Below are positions 46,504 through 56,504 of a stretch of DNA of 64,000 nt, piece by piece. The stretch is from Euryarchaeota archaeon UBA251. GTDB lineage: Archaea > Thermoplasmatota > Poseidoniia > Poseidoniales > Thalassarchaeaceae. The notes below the pieces were generated by a model. It did no database searches. It was not told where the DNA came from and was given only the letters and a program-made list of their open reading frames with translations. Location of the stretch: the NCBI GenBank assembly GCA_002497905.1, contig DAFJ01000073.1, positions 3,929 to 67,928 of the forward strand, in the 5' to 3' direction. Numbering within the stretch: position 1 is the stretch's first letter; each line of letters opens with the position of its first letter. The position numbers were made by a program, and so were the translations under genes.

Positions 46504-47463
46504 ATGAGTAATTCTCCTAGTGACCCAAAAGTCACCCGCCCAGTTCTGGCACTCATCCTCATTGCATTGTCTTCTATGGGCCTAGTGATTGGTATCCTCC
46601 GCCTAGAGATTTTGTTAGTGATTTTTTCTTCATCTATTCTGTTAGTTGGTATCATTTCGCACAAGATTTTCACAGGTTTCGTTCGCCCAATCCGGAAAGA
46701 ACGAGGTCCAACTAGTGATTTTATTCAGCATCGATGGACTAGTGCGAAAGGTTGTACAGTTGCACGTTTCGAACAGTGGCTCGACAAGCCCGCCCCCCTC
46801 CTCATCGCAATCCATGGTTGGCAGTCGGATTCAAGTTCCACTGAGAAGCGAATCAGTCCGTTCCTTGAACGAGGTCATCATGCAGTTTTGATTGATCTTC
46901 CAGGCCATGGTAGTTCTGATGGCTTGGCCATATGGACTGCAGTAGAAAGTGGTAGAAATGTCTTGGAGATGATTCAACATCTCGTCAAAGTATGGGATTG
47001 GACACAGATTACTTCGGTTGTTCTCTTGGGGCATAGTATGGGTGGATTTGTGTCATTGAGATTTGCTGATCGTTTTAGCGAGATACTTCCTCAACCAATC
47101 GAACGAGTATACTTGGAATCACCAATGACATCTTTTCCGATGGTATTCAATCAACGAACCACTGGCCTAGCTCTTATTGGCCGCCATGTCTCTAGATTGG
47201 ATCTTCAATGGGCATATCTTCGTCGTGGCCCTGATCCGGATCTTAACTGGTCACATTTTAGCGTACCAAAATGGGGTATTCCATCAATGGAGATTCGTAT
47301 TCTTCAGGCGATGGAAGATATTGCGTTGGGATTACAACATCTCGAATTACTCCAGCCACATGCTAGTGATGATTGGGAGATTGTTATTGACAAGGATTTG
47401 AAGCATTTCGGAACTTCAAGAGGCGATGCTTATTCCACATATCTTAGATGGATTGATGATTGA
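46504..47463 (+). CDS. Membrane-anchored alpha/beta hydrolase
   Basis: Two N-terminal TM helices, oxyanion-region LLIAIHGW, nucleophile elbow LLGHSMGGFV. Confidence 0.75.
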   Translation: MSNSPSDPKVTRPVLALILIALSSMGLVIGILRLEILLVIFSSSILLVGIISHKIFTGFVRPIRKERGPTSDFIQHRWTSAKGCTVARFEQWLDKPAPLLIAIHGWQSDSSSTEKRISPFLERGHHAVLIDLPGHGSSDGLAIWTAVESGRNVLEMIQHLVKVWDWTQITSVVLLGHSMGGFVSLRFADRFSEILPQPIERVYLESPMTSFPMVFNQRTTGLALIGRHVSRLDLQWAYLRRGPDPDLNWSHFSVPKWGIPSMEIRILQAMEDIALGLQHLELLQPHASDDWEIVIDKDLKHFGTSRGDAYSTYLRWIDD

Positions 47464-47470
47464 TTTGGCC

Positions 47471-48817
47471 TCATAATTCCCCAATAAATCCTGATATGAT
47501 TAGGAATAGAAGTAAACCAATCACCATCCCGAATGCAACAAAGTGCATCACAATCGAGAATCCGATTCGTAGTTCGGGTTTCTTGATTTCATTAAAGGGC
47601 CAAATCGTGTTTACTTGGTCTTTACCTCCGCGAATACCGAAGAGTGGGCGAGCAAACCTTGTTCTTCGAATAATTTCGAAGCAAATCATCACTCCAGACG
47701 TTACTATGATTGTTCCAAGTACCATACCGATGTAGTAATTGAGGCCGATAGCGCCGAAGATAGCAATTGGGAGGAATGTTAGGTGCATGTGTACTACATA
47801 GGTGGGGTACACAGCCTCGTTGAGGTAGACTAAAGATGAACTTGGTCGATTCAGAAGTTTAGATGCCCATGAGAAAATCAGCATGCACCAGGACCAAGCA
47901 TGGAATGATTGCACGATGGAAGCTATTATCGCGATTCTGCTGAATGCAGGATAGCCTCTTTGGACCCAACCCCCTTCCATGATTCTTGGGACCTCACTTG
48001 ATTCGTTGATTATGAACCACGTGATAGAAAAGATTGGTACCATAATTGTTAGAGGGATACGAATACGATCGAGTACTGTGAAGTAATTTTCTTTTGCAGA
48101 GATTAGAAGATAGCCAAACAGGAAGTAGAGCATGTAGCGGGTAAACTCCCACCACATACCGACCTCTCCGAATCGCCATGGTTTGAACAGGATGGCATTG
48201 GCAGCAAGTATCAATGGAGGTGCGAGAAGGATGCCGAGACCAAACGGTATGTTCAGCAATCCCCTTACACCTCTCATAATTATTCCATCTGGTTTGTTCT
48301 TCACCATGAGGAAAATCGGTGAGAGTATGACTGAGTAGATTAAGAGGTTGTAAATGAACCAAAGATGGCCATATGGCATCTCTTCACTTCCAGGGAATAT
48401 TGTGAACAATCGAATGGTTGAGCTTATGGGTTCGAAGATTCCTAAGAACAGAATGTATACCCCGAACAGTAGGGGTATTCCGAGTCTAGTTGCTCTCTCC
48501 TTCAGATAGGTTCTCCCGTTTCTTCGTTTCAAGGCGAAGGCTGTACCCATCCCGGATATGAGGAATAGTGCGGCTAATCTCCATTGATGCATCACGCCAA
48601 TGACGAAGAAGAGTGGCAAATCCCATGCGCTACCTTCAATTTGACCAAGCGAGAAAGCCGAGTAATGAAACCAGATTAGAAGCGCAAAGAGAATTACGCG
48701 TAACCAGTCAAGGTCATGGCGACGGACAGGCTTCTGTATTATTTCTTCAGACGGGATGGATTGAATTATGGATTGAACATGATCCGTGAGAGTCGTCGAT
48801 TGGGGATTCTGAATCAT
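47471..48817 (-). CDS. Acyltransferase family 3 membrane protein
   Basis: N-terminal RRHDLDWLRVILFALLIWFHY motif and about 10 TM helices. The ATG overlaps the stop of the upstream CNNM gene (ATGA). Confidence 0.75.
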   Translation of the reverse strand: MIQNPQSTTLTDHVQSIIQSIPSEEIIQKPVRRHDLDWLRVILFALLIWFHYSAFSLGQIEGSAWDLPLFFVIGVMHQWRLAALFLISGMGTAFALKRRNGRTYLKERATRLGIPLLFGVYILFLGIFEPISSTIRLFTIFPGSEEMPYGHLWFIYNLLIYSVILSPIFLMVKNKPDGIIMRGVRGLLNIPFGLGILLAPPLILAANAILFKPWRFGEVGMWWEFTRYMLYFLFGYLLISAKENYFTVLDRIRIPLTIMVPIFSITWFIINESSEVPRIMEGGWVQRGYPAFSRIAIIASIVQSFHAWSWCMLIFSWASKLLNRPSSSLVYLNEAVYPTYVVHMHLTFLPIAIFGAIGLNYYIGMVLGTIIVTSGVMICFEIIRRTRFARPLFGIRGGKDQVNTIWPFNEIKKPELRIGFSIVMHFVAFGMVIGLLLFLIISGFIGEL

Positions 48818-49926
48818 TCAGATTCCTCTTGACGACGTTCGATTGCGAACTTACGGAGGTCTTCACCTGTGACGCCTTCTTCGATACCCTCGATGTCCTT
48901 TTCGTCCACAATTTCCACTCCCAGGATTGTTTCAATCACATCCTCCATCGTAACTAGTCCGAGTGTCGCTCCAAATTCGTCTTGCACAAGAGCCAACTGT
49001 TCCTTGCGAGAGAGGAAGATATCGAGTAGATCATCGAGGTTTGTCTCCTCACGTACACGGACGATATCTCGCATCAATGACGACATTGTGATTTGATGCT
49101 CATCGGCGGCGGCTTTACGATAAATCTCGGACCGGAGTACGAGTCCAACTGGTTGATCGATTTCTCCATCGAATACAGGGAGGCGACCATGGACCATGAT
49201 TGGATTTTTGTCCATAGCAGCCTGAACTGTATCATCTACAAGCACGAAGGACATTACAGTCCGGGGCGTCATCACAGAGGTGACGTTTTGGTCACGTAGG
49301 CTCAGCAAGTTTCTGATTGCCTTCTCCTCGTCTGTCTCGATGACACGTTCATCCTCTGCAACCTCTACCATGGCGGCCAGTTCATCGCGAGTAACTGCAC
49401 TTTCTGACTTCTCAGGGAACAGGTTTCTCATCCACTCCATCGGGATGACAATAGGGAGTAGAATCAGGATTAGGCCGCGCAGAGTGTAGGCTGAAAAGAC
49501 ACTAAGATTCTTCCAATATAATGCTCCAAGTGTCTTAGGGATTATTTCGGATAGAACAAGGATGCCTAGAGTCAGTACCGCGGATGCTATCGCCATTACC
49601 ATTGCTTCTGATTCAGTGCCCTCAACCATTGCTGCCACTTCAGCACCAACGCCGAGTGCCCCAACTGTATGCGCGATGGTGTTCAGGGTAAGAATCGCAG
49701 TTAGAGGCCGTTCTGGTTCGTCTTTGAATCGAGACCAAAGATGCGCGACTCGGCTGCCTTTCTGTTCAAGTACCTTGACGTGTGAAATCGAAGTACTGAG
49801 TAGTACGGCTTCAAGGACACTGCAAAGGAAGGAAGCTCCTAGAGCCAGTGTAGCATAGAGTATGAGTAATGTGTAATCGCCCTCGCCTGCCACGGAGGTT
49901 TGACCAACCAATGTATGGACATCCAC
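48814..49926 (-). CDS. CNNM/CorC-type transporter (DUF21 TM domain + CBS pair)
   Basis: N-terminal 4-TM DUF21-like region (LEAVLLSTSISHVKVL), a CBS pair (VMTPRTVMSFV..., ALVQDEFGATLGLVTMEDVIETILG). GTG start. Confidence 0.85.
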   Translation of the reverse strand: MDVHTLVGQTSVAGEGDYTLLILYATLALGASFLCSVLEAVLLSTSISHVKVLEQKGSRVAHLWSRFKDEPERPLTAILTLNTIAHTVGALGVGAEVAAMVEGTESEAMVMAIASAVLTLGILVLSEIIPKTLGALYWKNLSVFSAYTLRGLILILLPIVIPMEWMRNLFPEKSESAVTRDELAAMVEVAEDERVIETDEEKAIRNLLSLRDQNVTSVMTPRTVMSFVLVDDTVQAAMDKNPIMVHGRLPVFDGEIDQPVGLVLRSEIYRKAAADEHQITMSSLMRDIVRVREETNLDDLLDIFLSRKEQLALVQDEFGATLGLVTMEDVIETILGVEIVDEKDIEGIEEGVTGEDLRKFAIERRQEESE

Positions 49927-50078
49927 TTAGGACTCACTCCGGATGTGTGACTGGACCAGATTGGTTTGAAATCCTAGTCATGTGCATCTCTCTCAAGTGC
50001 TTCTAGGTCTAAAGGGTTCGTGAAGTGAGAGTCGTAGTTGAACGCCACATTGAATTGCGGGTCAGACTAGCGCAGAGC

Positions 50079-52334
50079 ATGACCGGGGAGCACGTGCTAG
50101 TATGCGTAGCGTGGCCATATGCCAACGGACCCCTTCATCTCGGCCATGTTGCAGGTTGCTATCTCCCTCCAGATATCACCGCTCGATTTGAGCGTGCAAG
50201 AGGTAACAGTGTCTTGATGGTATCCGGTTCAGATGAGCACGGGACACCAATCACAGTCACAGCTGAGATGGAAGGTGTTGACCCACAGGACATCGTGGAC
50301 CGATATCACGCCATCAACAGACAAGCCTTGTTGGATCTTGGATGTGTCTGGGAACCTAACATCGATCCTCGTGGAACGGAATATGGCGGTGCGCTGTTCA
50401 ACCGAACATCCGATTCATCTCACATCAAGCGGGTCCAAGAGAACTTTGCATCGCTTCTCGATGCTGGGCTCTTTGAGAAGCGGACGATGGACCAGTACTA
50501 TGAGGTTAGACCAGATGGCCAAGGTCGTTTCCTCCCTGATCGCTATGTTGAGGGCACTTGTCCGAATTGCGGCGACAATGATGCTCGTGGCGATCAATGC
50601 GATGCTTGTGGAACGACTTACGAATCCTCTGATCTTGAGAATCCGAGATCGAAGATGAATCCTGATGCAGCAATCGAAATACGACAAACACAGCATATGT
50701 TCTACCGACTGGATTTGTTCCAGAATGCCTTAGAGGAACATGCTGAATCACGTTGGCCAGTATGGAAGAACAACGTGCGTGCTATGACCAAGCAATGGTT
50801 GGACATGGGCCTTCGGCCTAGAGCCGTGACTCGTGACCTCGAATGGGGAGTCCCTGTCCCAATCGAGGATGAGGAGTTTGATGGAAAGTGCGTCTACGTC
50901 TGGTTTGAAGCAGTTCAGGGGTACCTGACGTGTGCTCAGATTTGGTCAGAACGTTATGGTCAGGATCATCCAGATGGTATCGAATCTTGGAAGCGTTGGT
51001 GGTGTGTGGATGAAGAAGGTAATACTCCTCGCCATCTTTATTTCCTCGGTAAGGACAACATTCCCTTCCATACGGTGATTTGGCCAGCTCTCATCATGGG
51101 ACTCAACATGGCAAAGAATGGCGAGGATTCTGCCCAACTCCCTGGTCCAGGAGACCTCCACCTTGAGGATAATGTTCCAGCCATGGAGTATCTGATGCTC
51201 GCAGGTGGTCAGTTCAGTAAATCTCGTAAGCATGCAATCTGGCTCCCCTCGTTTCTTGAGAAACACGATCCAGATACTTTGAGATATGTTCTCACAATCA
51301 ATATGCCTGAAGCCCATGATACCGATTTCAATTGGAGTGATTTCGTTGAGAAGATCAATACTGAACTAATCGCCGCGTATGGGAACTTTGTGCACCGAAT
51401 CATGACTCTTGCAGCTAGGCTTCCATCCGAAGGTCACTCACCATTACTCCCCTTCGATGATGTTGCAAATAATCGGGAACATGCAGACAAGCTCGAAGAA
51501 TTCCATGCATCGATTACGAATTCATTGGAACGCCATCGGTACAAGGAGGCCCTTCGTACAGTGATGTCGGCTGCTCAGTATGGGAATCAGATGATTCAAG
51601 CAGCAGCTCCATGGGCTCATCTATCGGAGGACGGGGACAAGGTAGAGAGGCAATCTTCCCTTTCGACCCTTGCATTTGGTTGGCGCATCGCCCGTTTCCT
51701 GTCCATTGTCACTCAACCCTTCATCCCATTTTCTGCTCAGAGGCTATGGGTGATGCTAGGGCAGGACGGTGATGTGTCAGCATCCCATTGGGACAATGCC
51801 ATCGATTGGTCAGCCCCCATGACATGGACAGGGGAGGCGGCTAAGCCTCTATTCCAGCGTCTTGACCTTGATGAGATACTTGCTCAAGAAGGGATGGTTG
51901 CAGAGGAACATGTGGACGAATCAGGACCATCTACCCATAGCGTCAAGGGCAGTAGCCGTCCAAAGAAGAACGGTAGTGCCATGTCTGACGAGCCCGAGGG
52001 TGTGAAGTTCATCGAGTTTGACCAGTTTATGGCAGTAGATATCCGGATTGGGAGGATTGACTCAGTCGAGGACCATCCAGATGCCGACAAGCTCTACGTT
52101 GTTCGAATCGATGATGGCAGTGAAGAGGGTCGTACGGTATGTGCAGGGCTCAAGGAATTCTATCAGCCGGATCAGATGACTGGACTTCACGTCGCATTCG
52201 TCGCGAACCTGAAACCTCGAAAGTTACGTGGAGTCATGTCTGAGGGGATGATGCTCGCTGCTGATGATGGAGAGGGTGGTGTTTGTCTTCTCACCGTAGA
52301 TTCAAAGATGGCTCCAGGTTCAGAAGTCCGTTGA
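50079..52334 (+). CDS. metG: Methionine--tRNA ligase with C-terminal tRNA-binding (Trbp111/EMAP-like) domain
   Basis: HIGH region WPYANGPLHLGHVAG, zinc knuckle CPNCGDNDARGDQCDACG, KMSKS-equivalent GGQFSKSRKHAIW, and C-terminal MAVDIRIGRIDSVEDHPDADKLYVVRID. Start taken at ATG 50079. Confidence 0.92.
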   Translation: MTGEHVLVCVAWPYANGPLHLGHVAGCYLPPDITARFERARGNSVLMVSGSDEHGTPITVTAEMEGVDPQDIVDRYHAINRQALLDLGCVWEPNIDPRGTEYGGALFNRTSDSSHIKRVQENFASLLDAGLFEKRTMDQYYEVRPDGQGRFLPDRYVEGTCPNCGDNDARGDQCDACGTTYESSDLENPRSKMNPDAAIEIRQTQHMFYRLDLFQNALEEHAESRWPVWKNNVRAMTKQWLDMGLRPRAVTRDLEWGVPVPIEDEEFDGKCVYVWFEAVQGYLTCAQIWSERYGQDHPDGIESWKRWWCVDEEGNTPRHLYFLGKDNIPFHTVIWPALIMGLNMAKNGEDSAQLPGPGDLHLEDNVPAMEYLMLAGGQFSKSRKHAIWLPSFLEKHDPDTLRYVLTINMPEAHDTDFNWSDFVEKINTELIAAYGNFVHRIMTLAARLPSEGHSPLLPFDDVANNREHADKLEEFHASITNSLERHRYKEALRTVMSAAQYGNQMIQAAAPWAHLSEDGDKVERQSSLSTLAFGWRIARFLSIVTQPFIPFSAQRLWVMLGQDGDVSASHWDNAIDWSAPMTWTGEAAKPLFQRLDLDEILAQEGMVAEEHVDESGPSTHSVKGSSRPKKNGSAMSDEPEGVKFIEFDQFMAVDIRIGRIDSVEDHPDADKLYVVRIDDGSEEGRTVCAGLKEFYQPDQMTGLHVAFVANLKPRKLRGVMSEGMMLAADDGEGGVCLLTVDSKMAPGSEVR

Positions 52335-52397
52335 GATTCTGATATCGGTCTGACTAATTTCAGGATATTAGATCGCGAATATACCTTGTTCACAGGA

Positions 52398-52934
52398 TTA
52401 CTCTGGCCTATCGAAGAATGACCACTGGGTTTCCACAACCTCAGTATTCGTCGAGCATTCCTGATATGCTGCAATTGGTTCAGCATTTAGTTCGAGAAAC
52501 TCCTGCCCAAATCGGAAGGGTCGTAACATACGTTCTGCTTGATCCATACGTCCCATAATTGCTGCACAAAGTGCCATAGCCTCGGCTGTGGATAGACGGC
52601 CTGGCTTACCCCAAGATACAGGGTTAGCAGGGAGTGCTAATGGAAGAGTTCGTGGTTCTAATCTGGTGTTGTTGAGAATTGAAGCCATCGAAGTATCGAG
52701 GTGTTTCCAACTGCAATCAAGGCCAACAATGGCAGCCCCTCTGTCGATTATTGTTCGGTCATCTGGGCCTAGGACGATTCCGGCCGATGGGTCTAGTAGG
52801 AATCCCCGTCGAGGTGCTCCTCGAACATCATGGTGGAGAATTGCTTCCCCGATGCGATACATCGCACGAGCAGTACACTTCTTCGGGTCATCTTGATCGA
52901 GATGGATGATGTGCATAGGCACGTCTTCAGCCAT
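52398..52934 (-). CDS. tsr3: 16S rRNA aminocarboxypropyltransferase Tsr3
   Basis: IIHLDQDDPKKCTARAM, GLDCSWKHL, NPVSWGKPGRLSTAEAMA blocks typical of Tsr3/DUF367. Confidence 0.8.
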   Translation of the reverse strand: MAEDVPMHIIHLDQDDPKKCTARAMYRIGEAILHHDVRGAPRRGFLLDPSAGIVLGPDDRTIIDRGAAIVGLDCSWKHLDTSMASILNNTRLEPRTLPLALPANPVSWGKPGRLSTAEAMALCAAIMGRMDQAERMLRPFRFGQEFLELNAEPIAAYQECSTNTEVVETQWSFFDRPE

Positions 52935-52939
52935 TCAAT

Positions 52940-53440
52940 TCACTCCTTTCGGAGCGCGTCCTGAAGGTAGTCTCCAAGGGTCATCGATCGACCGGATTTG
53001 GATCCCAGCGTTCTAGTCTCGGAAGGTTCTCTTTCAATCATGAGTTCGATATCGAGTGCGCGCTCAAGTTTCTTGATAATCTGATCACTAACAGTCTGTC
53101 CCTTCTCTATGCGTTGAATCACATTGACTCTTTCGGAAATAAGTCGTGCTAGACCACGCTGGTCGATGTTTCGATTACGTCTGGCTTCGACTACACGCTT
53201 TGACCAATCGTCGGCGAGCTCTTTCTCACCGCGAACCATGATATCCTTGCCTGCTTTACCGAGTCCACCGTATCCTCCAAAGGTTCGTACTTGATCTGAC
53301 TGACTCGCTCCTGTACTGGTAAGATCAGGTCGTAAGCCTGCAGCTTTCATGCAGCGATCGCAGGCATTTACAGTTCGTCCGCCGGAGGTCGAACGACGAG
53401 TAGATACTCGATTAGAACCGCAGATCTCGCAACTAGCCAT
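52940..53440 (-). CDS. Archaeal multiprotein-bridging factor (aMBF1): zinc ribbon + HTH
   Basis: N-terminal CEICGSN...CDRC ribbon and an XRE-type HTH (IDQRGLARLISERVNVIQRIEKGQ). Start taken at ATG 53440. Confidence 0.8.
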   Translation of the reverse strand: MASCEICGSNRVSTRRSTSGGRTVNACDRCMKAAGLRPDLTSTGASQSDQVRTFGGYGGLGKAGKDIMVRGEKELADDWSKRVVEARRNRNIDQRGLARLISERVNVIQRIEKGQTVSDQIIKKLERALDIELMIEREPSETRTLGSKSGRSMTLGDYLQDALRKE

Positions 53441-53520
53441 CTTCGTCGATGGGTTCCAGTGTCGCCTCTCCTTTGAACCAATCCATGAACCCAATGAGTG
53501 ATGCTGACATTCCGTGGTTC

Positions 53521-53528
53521 AAATATAG
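53521..53528 (+). promoter_or_regulatory. Candidate TATA box (AAATATAG) for pan
   Basis: Centred about 25 nt upstream of ATG 53549. Spacing fits a leaderless transcript. Confidence 0.35.
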
Positions 53529-53548
53529 TCGATGGGGAACCAAGAGGC

Positions 53549-54772
53549 ATGGCGGAGAGCGGTGCGGAGCGTCCTGGCGACGATGATAAGGACATCATTC
53601 AACGCCCAGATCTCACTGATGTCGATACGGAGGTACGAAATCTTCGGGAGCATGCGCAACAACTTCTGGTTGACAAGACATATCTTGAGAATGAGGTCGG
53701 ACAACTCAAGAAGCGTTCCGCAAGATTGGAAGAGGAATTACGCCACCTTCGTAGTCCTCCGTTCATCATTGGTAATGTTCAGGATATTCTCGATGATGAG
53801 CGTGCGATTGTTCGCTCATCGAATGGCACAGTGTTCCTTGTTTCACGAAATCTTCGTCTCAGCGAGGAGGAATTGAAGCCAGGTACAAGGGTTGCGCTTA
53901 ATCAGGATAGTTTGTCCATTATCGATGTGTTGACGGATGCTCACGATCCATTGGTCGCAGCGGCTGAGATTATTGATGCACCTGAGGTCGTGTACTCTGA
54001 TTTGGGGGGTCTTGATGATCAGATTGATCGTCTCAAAGACGCAATTGAATTGCCATTGATGCAACCCGAGGCCTTCACAAGATTCGGCATATCTCCTCCG
54101 AAGGGTGTTCTTCTCTGCGGTCCACCCGGAACCGGGAAGACCATGCTTGCGAAGGCTGTTGCAAATCAGACCAAGGCAACTTTCCTAGGTATGGTTGGTA
54201 GTGAGTTAGCCCAGAAGTACATCGGTGAAGGTGGTCGGCTTGTTCGTGAATTGTTTGATCTCGCACGTCAACGTGCACCATCAATCATCTTCATTGATGA
54301 GATTGACGCCATCGGTGCGAAGCGACTCGATGCAGCCACTAGTGGCGATCGTGAAGTCCAGAGGACCCTCATGCAACTTCTAGCAGAGATGGATGGTTTC
54401 TCTGAGGTCAATGATGTCAAGATTATCGCTGCAACGAATCGACCGGAGCTTCTCGATGAGGCACTTCTCCGGCCAGGGCGATTCGATCGAATTATCGAGA
54501 TACCACTTCCTGATGAGGAAGGTCGCAAGGCCATCTTAGATCTTCATCTTGGGAAGATGCCTTTAGACAAGAAGGTCAAGGTGTCTAATGTGATTGATCA
54601 GACCGATGGTTTCAGTGGTGCTGAAATCAAGGCGTTGTGTATTGAAGCTGGAATTCGAGCAATCAAGGATGAACGTAAGAACGTCATTCCAGATGATATC
54701 TCGGAAGCGGTTGATATCGTTCGTAAGAATCGAAATAAGCCGAAGGATACGGACTTAGTGCACTACGGTTAA
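53549..54772 (+). CDS. pan: Proteasome-activating nucleotidase (AAA+ ATPase)
   Basis: N-terminal coiled coil, OB region, Walker A GPPGTGKT, Walker B IIFIDEID, ATNRPELLDEALLRPGRFD, and a C-terminal hydrophobic-Tyr-X-like ending LVHYG. Confidence 0.9.
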   Translation: MAESGAERPGDDDKDIIQRPDLTDVDTEVRNLREHAQQLLVDKTYLENEVGQLKKRSARLEEELRHLRSPPFIIGNVQDILDDERAIVRSSNGTVFLVSRNLRLSEEELKPGTRVALNQDSLSIIDVLTDAHDPLVAAAEIIDAPEVVYSDLGGLDDQIDRLKDAIELPLMQPEAFTRFGISPPKGVLLCGPPGTGKTMLAKAVANQTKATFLGMVGSELAQKYIGEGGRLVRELFDLARQRAPSIIFIDEIDAIGAKRLDAATSGDREVQRTLMQLLAEMDGFSEVNDVKIIAATNRPELLDEALLRPGRFDRIIEIPLPDEEGRKAILDLHLGKMPLDKKVKVSNVIDQTDGFSGAEIKALCIEAGIRAIKDERKNVIPDDISEAVDIVRKNRNKPKDTDLVHYG

Positions 54773-54792
54773 CGGTCGGATTCAAGGGCTTC

Positions 54793-55842
54793 ATGGCGCA
54801 CGCAGTGCCCATGAGCGAGCCACTGGTAGCATGCATCCCCAATATATCCGAAGGTCAGGACGCATCCATCATTGATGCGATATGCGACGCTGCCTCCGGG
54901 GTCGATGGGTGTGCACTCATCGGATCTGAACCCGACCCTGACTACAATCGTACAGTCATCACACTCGCAGGGCATCCCAACAGTGTCAGTGAAGCCGCAT
55001 TCCGTCTCATCGCCGCCGCCGCCGAACTAATCGATATGAGGATGCACACAGGAAATCATCCGCGGATGGGCGCGGTGGATGTCTGTCCATTTGTTCCAAT
55101 AAAGAATGCCGATGCGGCTCTCTGTGAGGAACTAGCTGCTTCCCTTGGTTCAAAGGTGGATGCAGAACTCAGTTTGCCTGTTTTCTACTATGGTAGTGCT
55201 GCCAGTCATCCAGATAGGACGGCTTTGAGCGCGCTAAGACGGGGCGAATATGAATCACTCAAAGAGAGAATGACTGGTGAAGTAGAGCCCTCTATCACAC
55301 GTGATCCGGACTACGGGAGTGGATGGAATGTGCGTCATGCACGTTTCGGCGCAGTTGCAATTGGCGTTCGCCCCATTTTGGTTGCCTACAACGTCAACCT
55401 TGCTGAATCCGATGCGGCTGTTGCAAAGAAGGTAGGCACAATTGTTCGATCAAGTGGTCGTTTAATTCGCAATGGAGACGAACGCATGAGGGTGAGTGGT
55501 ATGTTGGACAAAGTGCAGGGCATGGGTGTCCCTTTGGAGGCCCACGGTATTTCGCAGGTATCGATGAATCTCCAAGATGTGGGAGTCACAGACATGCATC
55601 AGGCATTTGAGGCAGTGAAGTCATTGGCTTCAGATCATGGCGTAGATGTGGATGGTTCAGAATTGGTCGGACTCGCTCCACTCTCAAGCTTTCTTGCTGC
55701 AGGGCGATGGTATTCTCCCAGCGAGGTGGAGGAGGAGGCGCTCATAGAAGCGGCTGTGGAAGGTTTGGGTTTGGATAGACTCGGTTTGTTTAACCCGAAG
55801 GAACGAATCATCGAATATGCAGTGGAGGCGGCACTCCAATGA
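54793..55842 (+). CDS. Glutamate formimidoyltransferase (FTCD N-terminal-domain homologue)
   Basis: LVACIPNISEGQD, DYNRTVITLAG, HPRMGAVDVCPFVP blocks. Confidence 0.85.
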   Translation: MAHAVPMSEPLVACIPNISEGQDASIIDAICDAASGVDGCALIGSEPDPDYNRTVITLAGHPNSVSEAAFRLIAAAAELIDMRMHTGNHPRMGAVDVCPFVPIKNADAALCEELAASLGSKVDAELSLPVFYYGSAASHPDRTALSALRRGEYESLKERMTGEVEPSITRDPDYGSGWNVRHARFGAVAIGVRPILVAYNVNLAESDAAVAKKVGTIVRSSGRLIRNGDERMRVSGMLDKVQGMGVPLEAHGISQVSMNLQDVGVTDMHQAFEAVKSLASDHGVDVDGSELVGLAPLSSFLAAGRWYSPSEVEEEALIEAAVEGLGLDRLGLFNPKERIIEYAVEAALQ

Positions 55843-56471
55843 CTTCGTTCAAGGATTCAACATTGGGAGAATTTGCACTCGAACTCGCATCAGATGCTCC
55901 CACTCCCGGGGGCGGTTCTGCCTCCGGAGTCGCACTCTCCCAAGCAGGTGCTCTCGCGGTAATGGTAGCTGATCTGACTATCGGCCGTGAACGATATTCG
56001 GATGGGCATAATGCCGCGAATGAAGCAAAGATAGTCGGACTACAGGCGATGTTGCATGGCCATGATTTAGCGGACAGAGATGCTTCTGGATACGATGCAG
56101 TAGTGGCTGCGTTCAAACTCTCGAAGGATACCGATGATGAGAAAGCGATACGGAGAGAAGCAATCGCTTCTGCCAGTCTCGCCGCAGCCGGGCCCCCGAT
56201 GGAGATTGCTGAACTTTCTCTCAGTCTTCTTGAGACGTTACCTGAACTCGCACGTGTTGGGAATCAGAATGCTATCACTGACGTCGGTGTTTCATCCCTG
56301 CTAGCCAGTGCGGCATGCCGTGGAGGTTTGTTCAATGCACAAATCAATGTGGTTGGAGACGATTCAGAGGAGGCTCAGATGATGAAGACCCGTATTGAAA
56401 AGATTCGAAGTGCATGCAGCAAGCATTCTCGAGTCGTTATGGGACTCGTCAATAAAGCAATTGAGGGTTGA
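55839..56471 (+). CDS. Formimidoyltetrahydrofolate cyclodeaminase (FTCD C-terminal-domain homologue)
   Basis: LASDAPTPGGGSASGVALSQAGALAVMVADLT motif. The ATG overlaps the upstream stop (ATGA). Confidence 0.8.
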   Translation: MTSFKDSTLGEFALELASDAPTPGGGSASGVALSQAGALAVMVADLTIGRERYSDGHNAANEAKIVGLQAMLHGHDLADRDASGYDAVVAAFKLSKDTDDEKAIRREAIASASLAAAGPPMEIAELSLSLLETLPELARVGNQNAITDVGVSSLLASAACRGGLFNAQINVVGDDSEEAQMMKTRIEKIRSACSKHSRVVMGLVNKAIEG

Positions 56472-56504
56472 CAACCTCCATATCCAGATGCACGATGGAG
56501 TGCC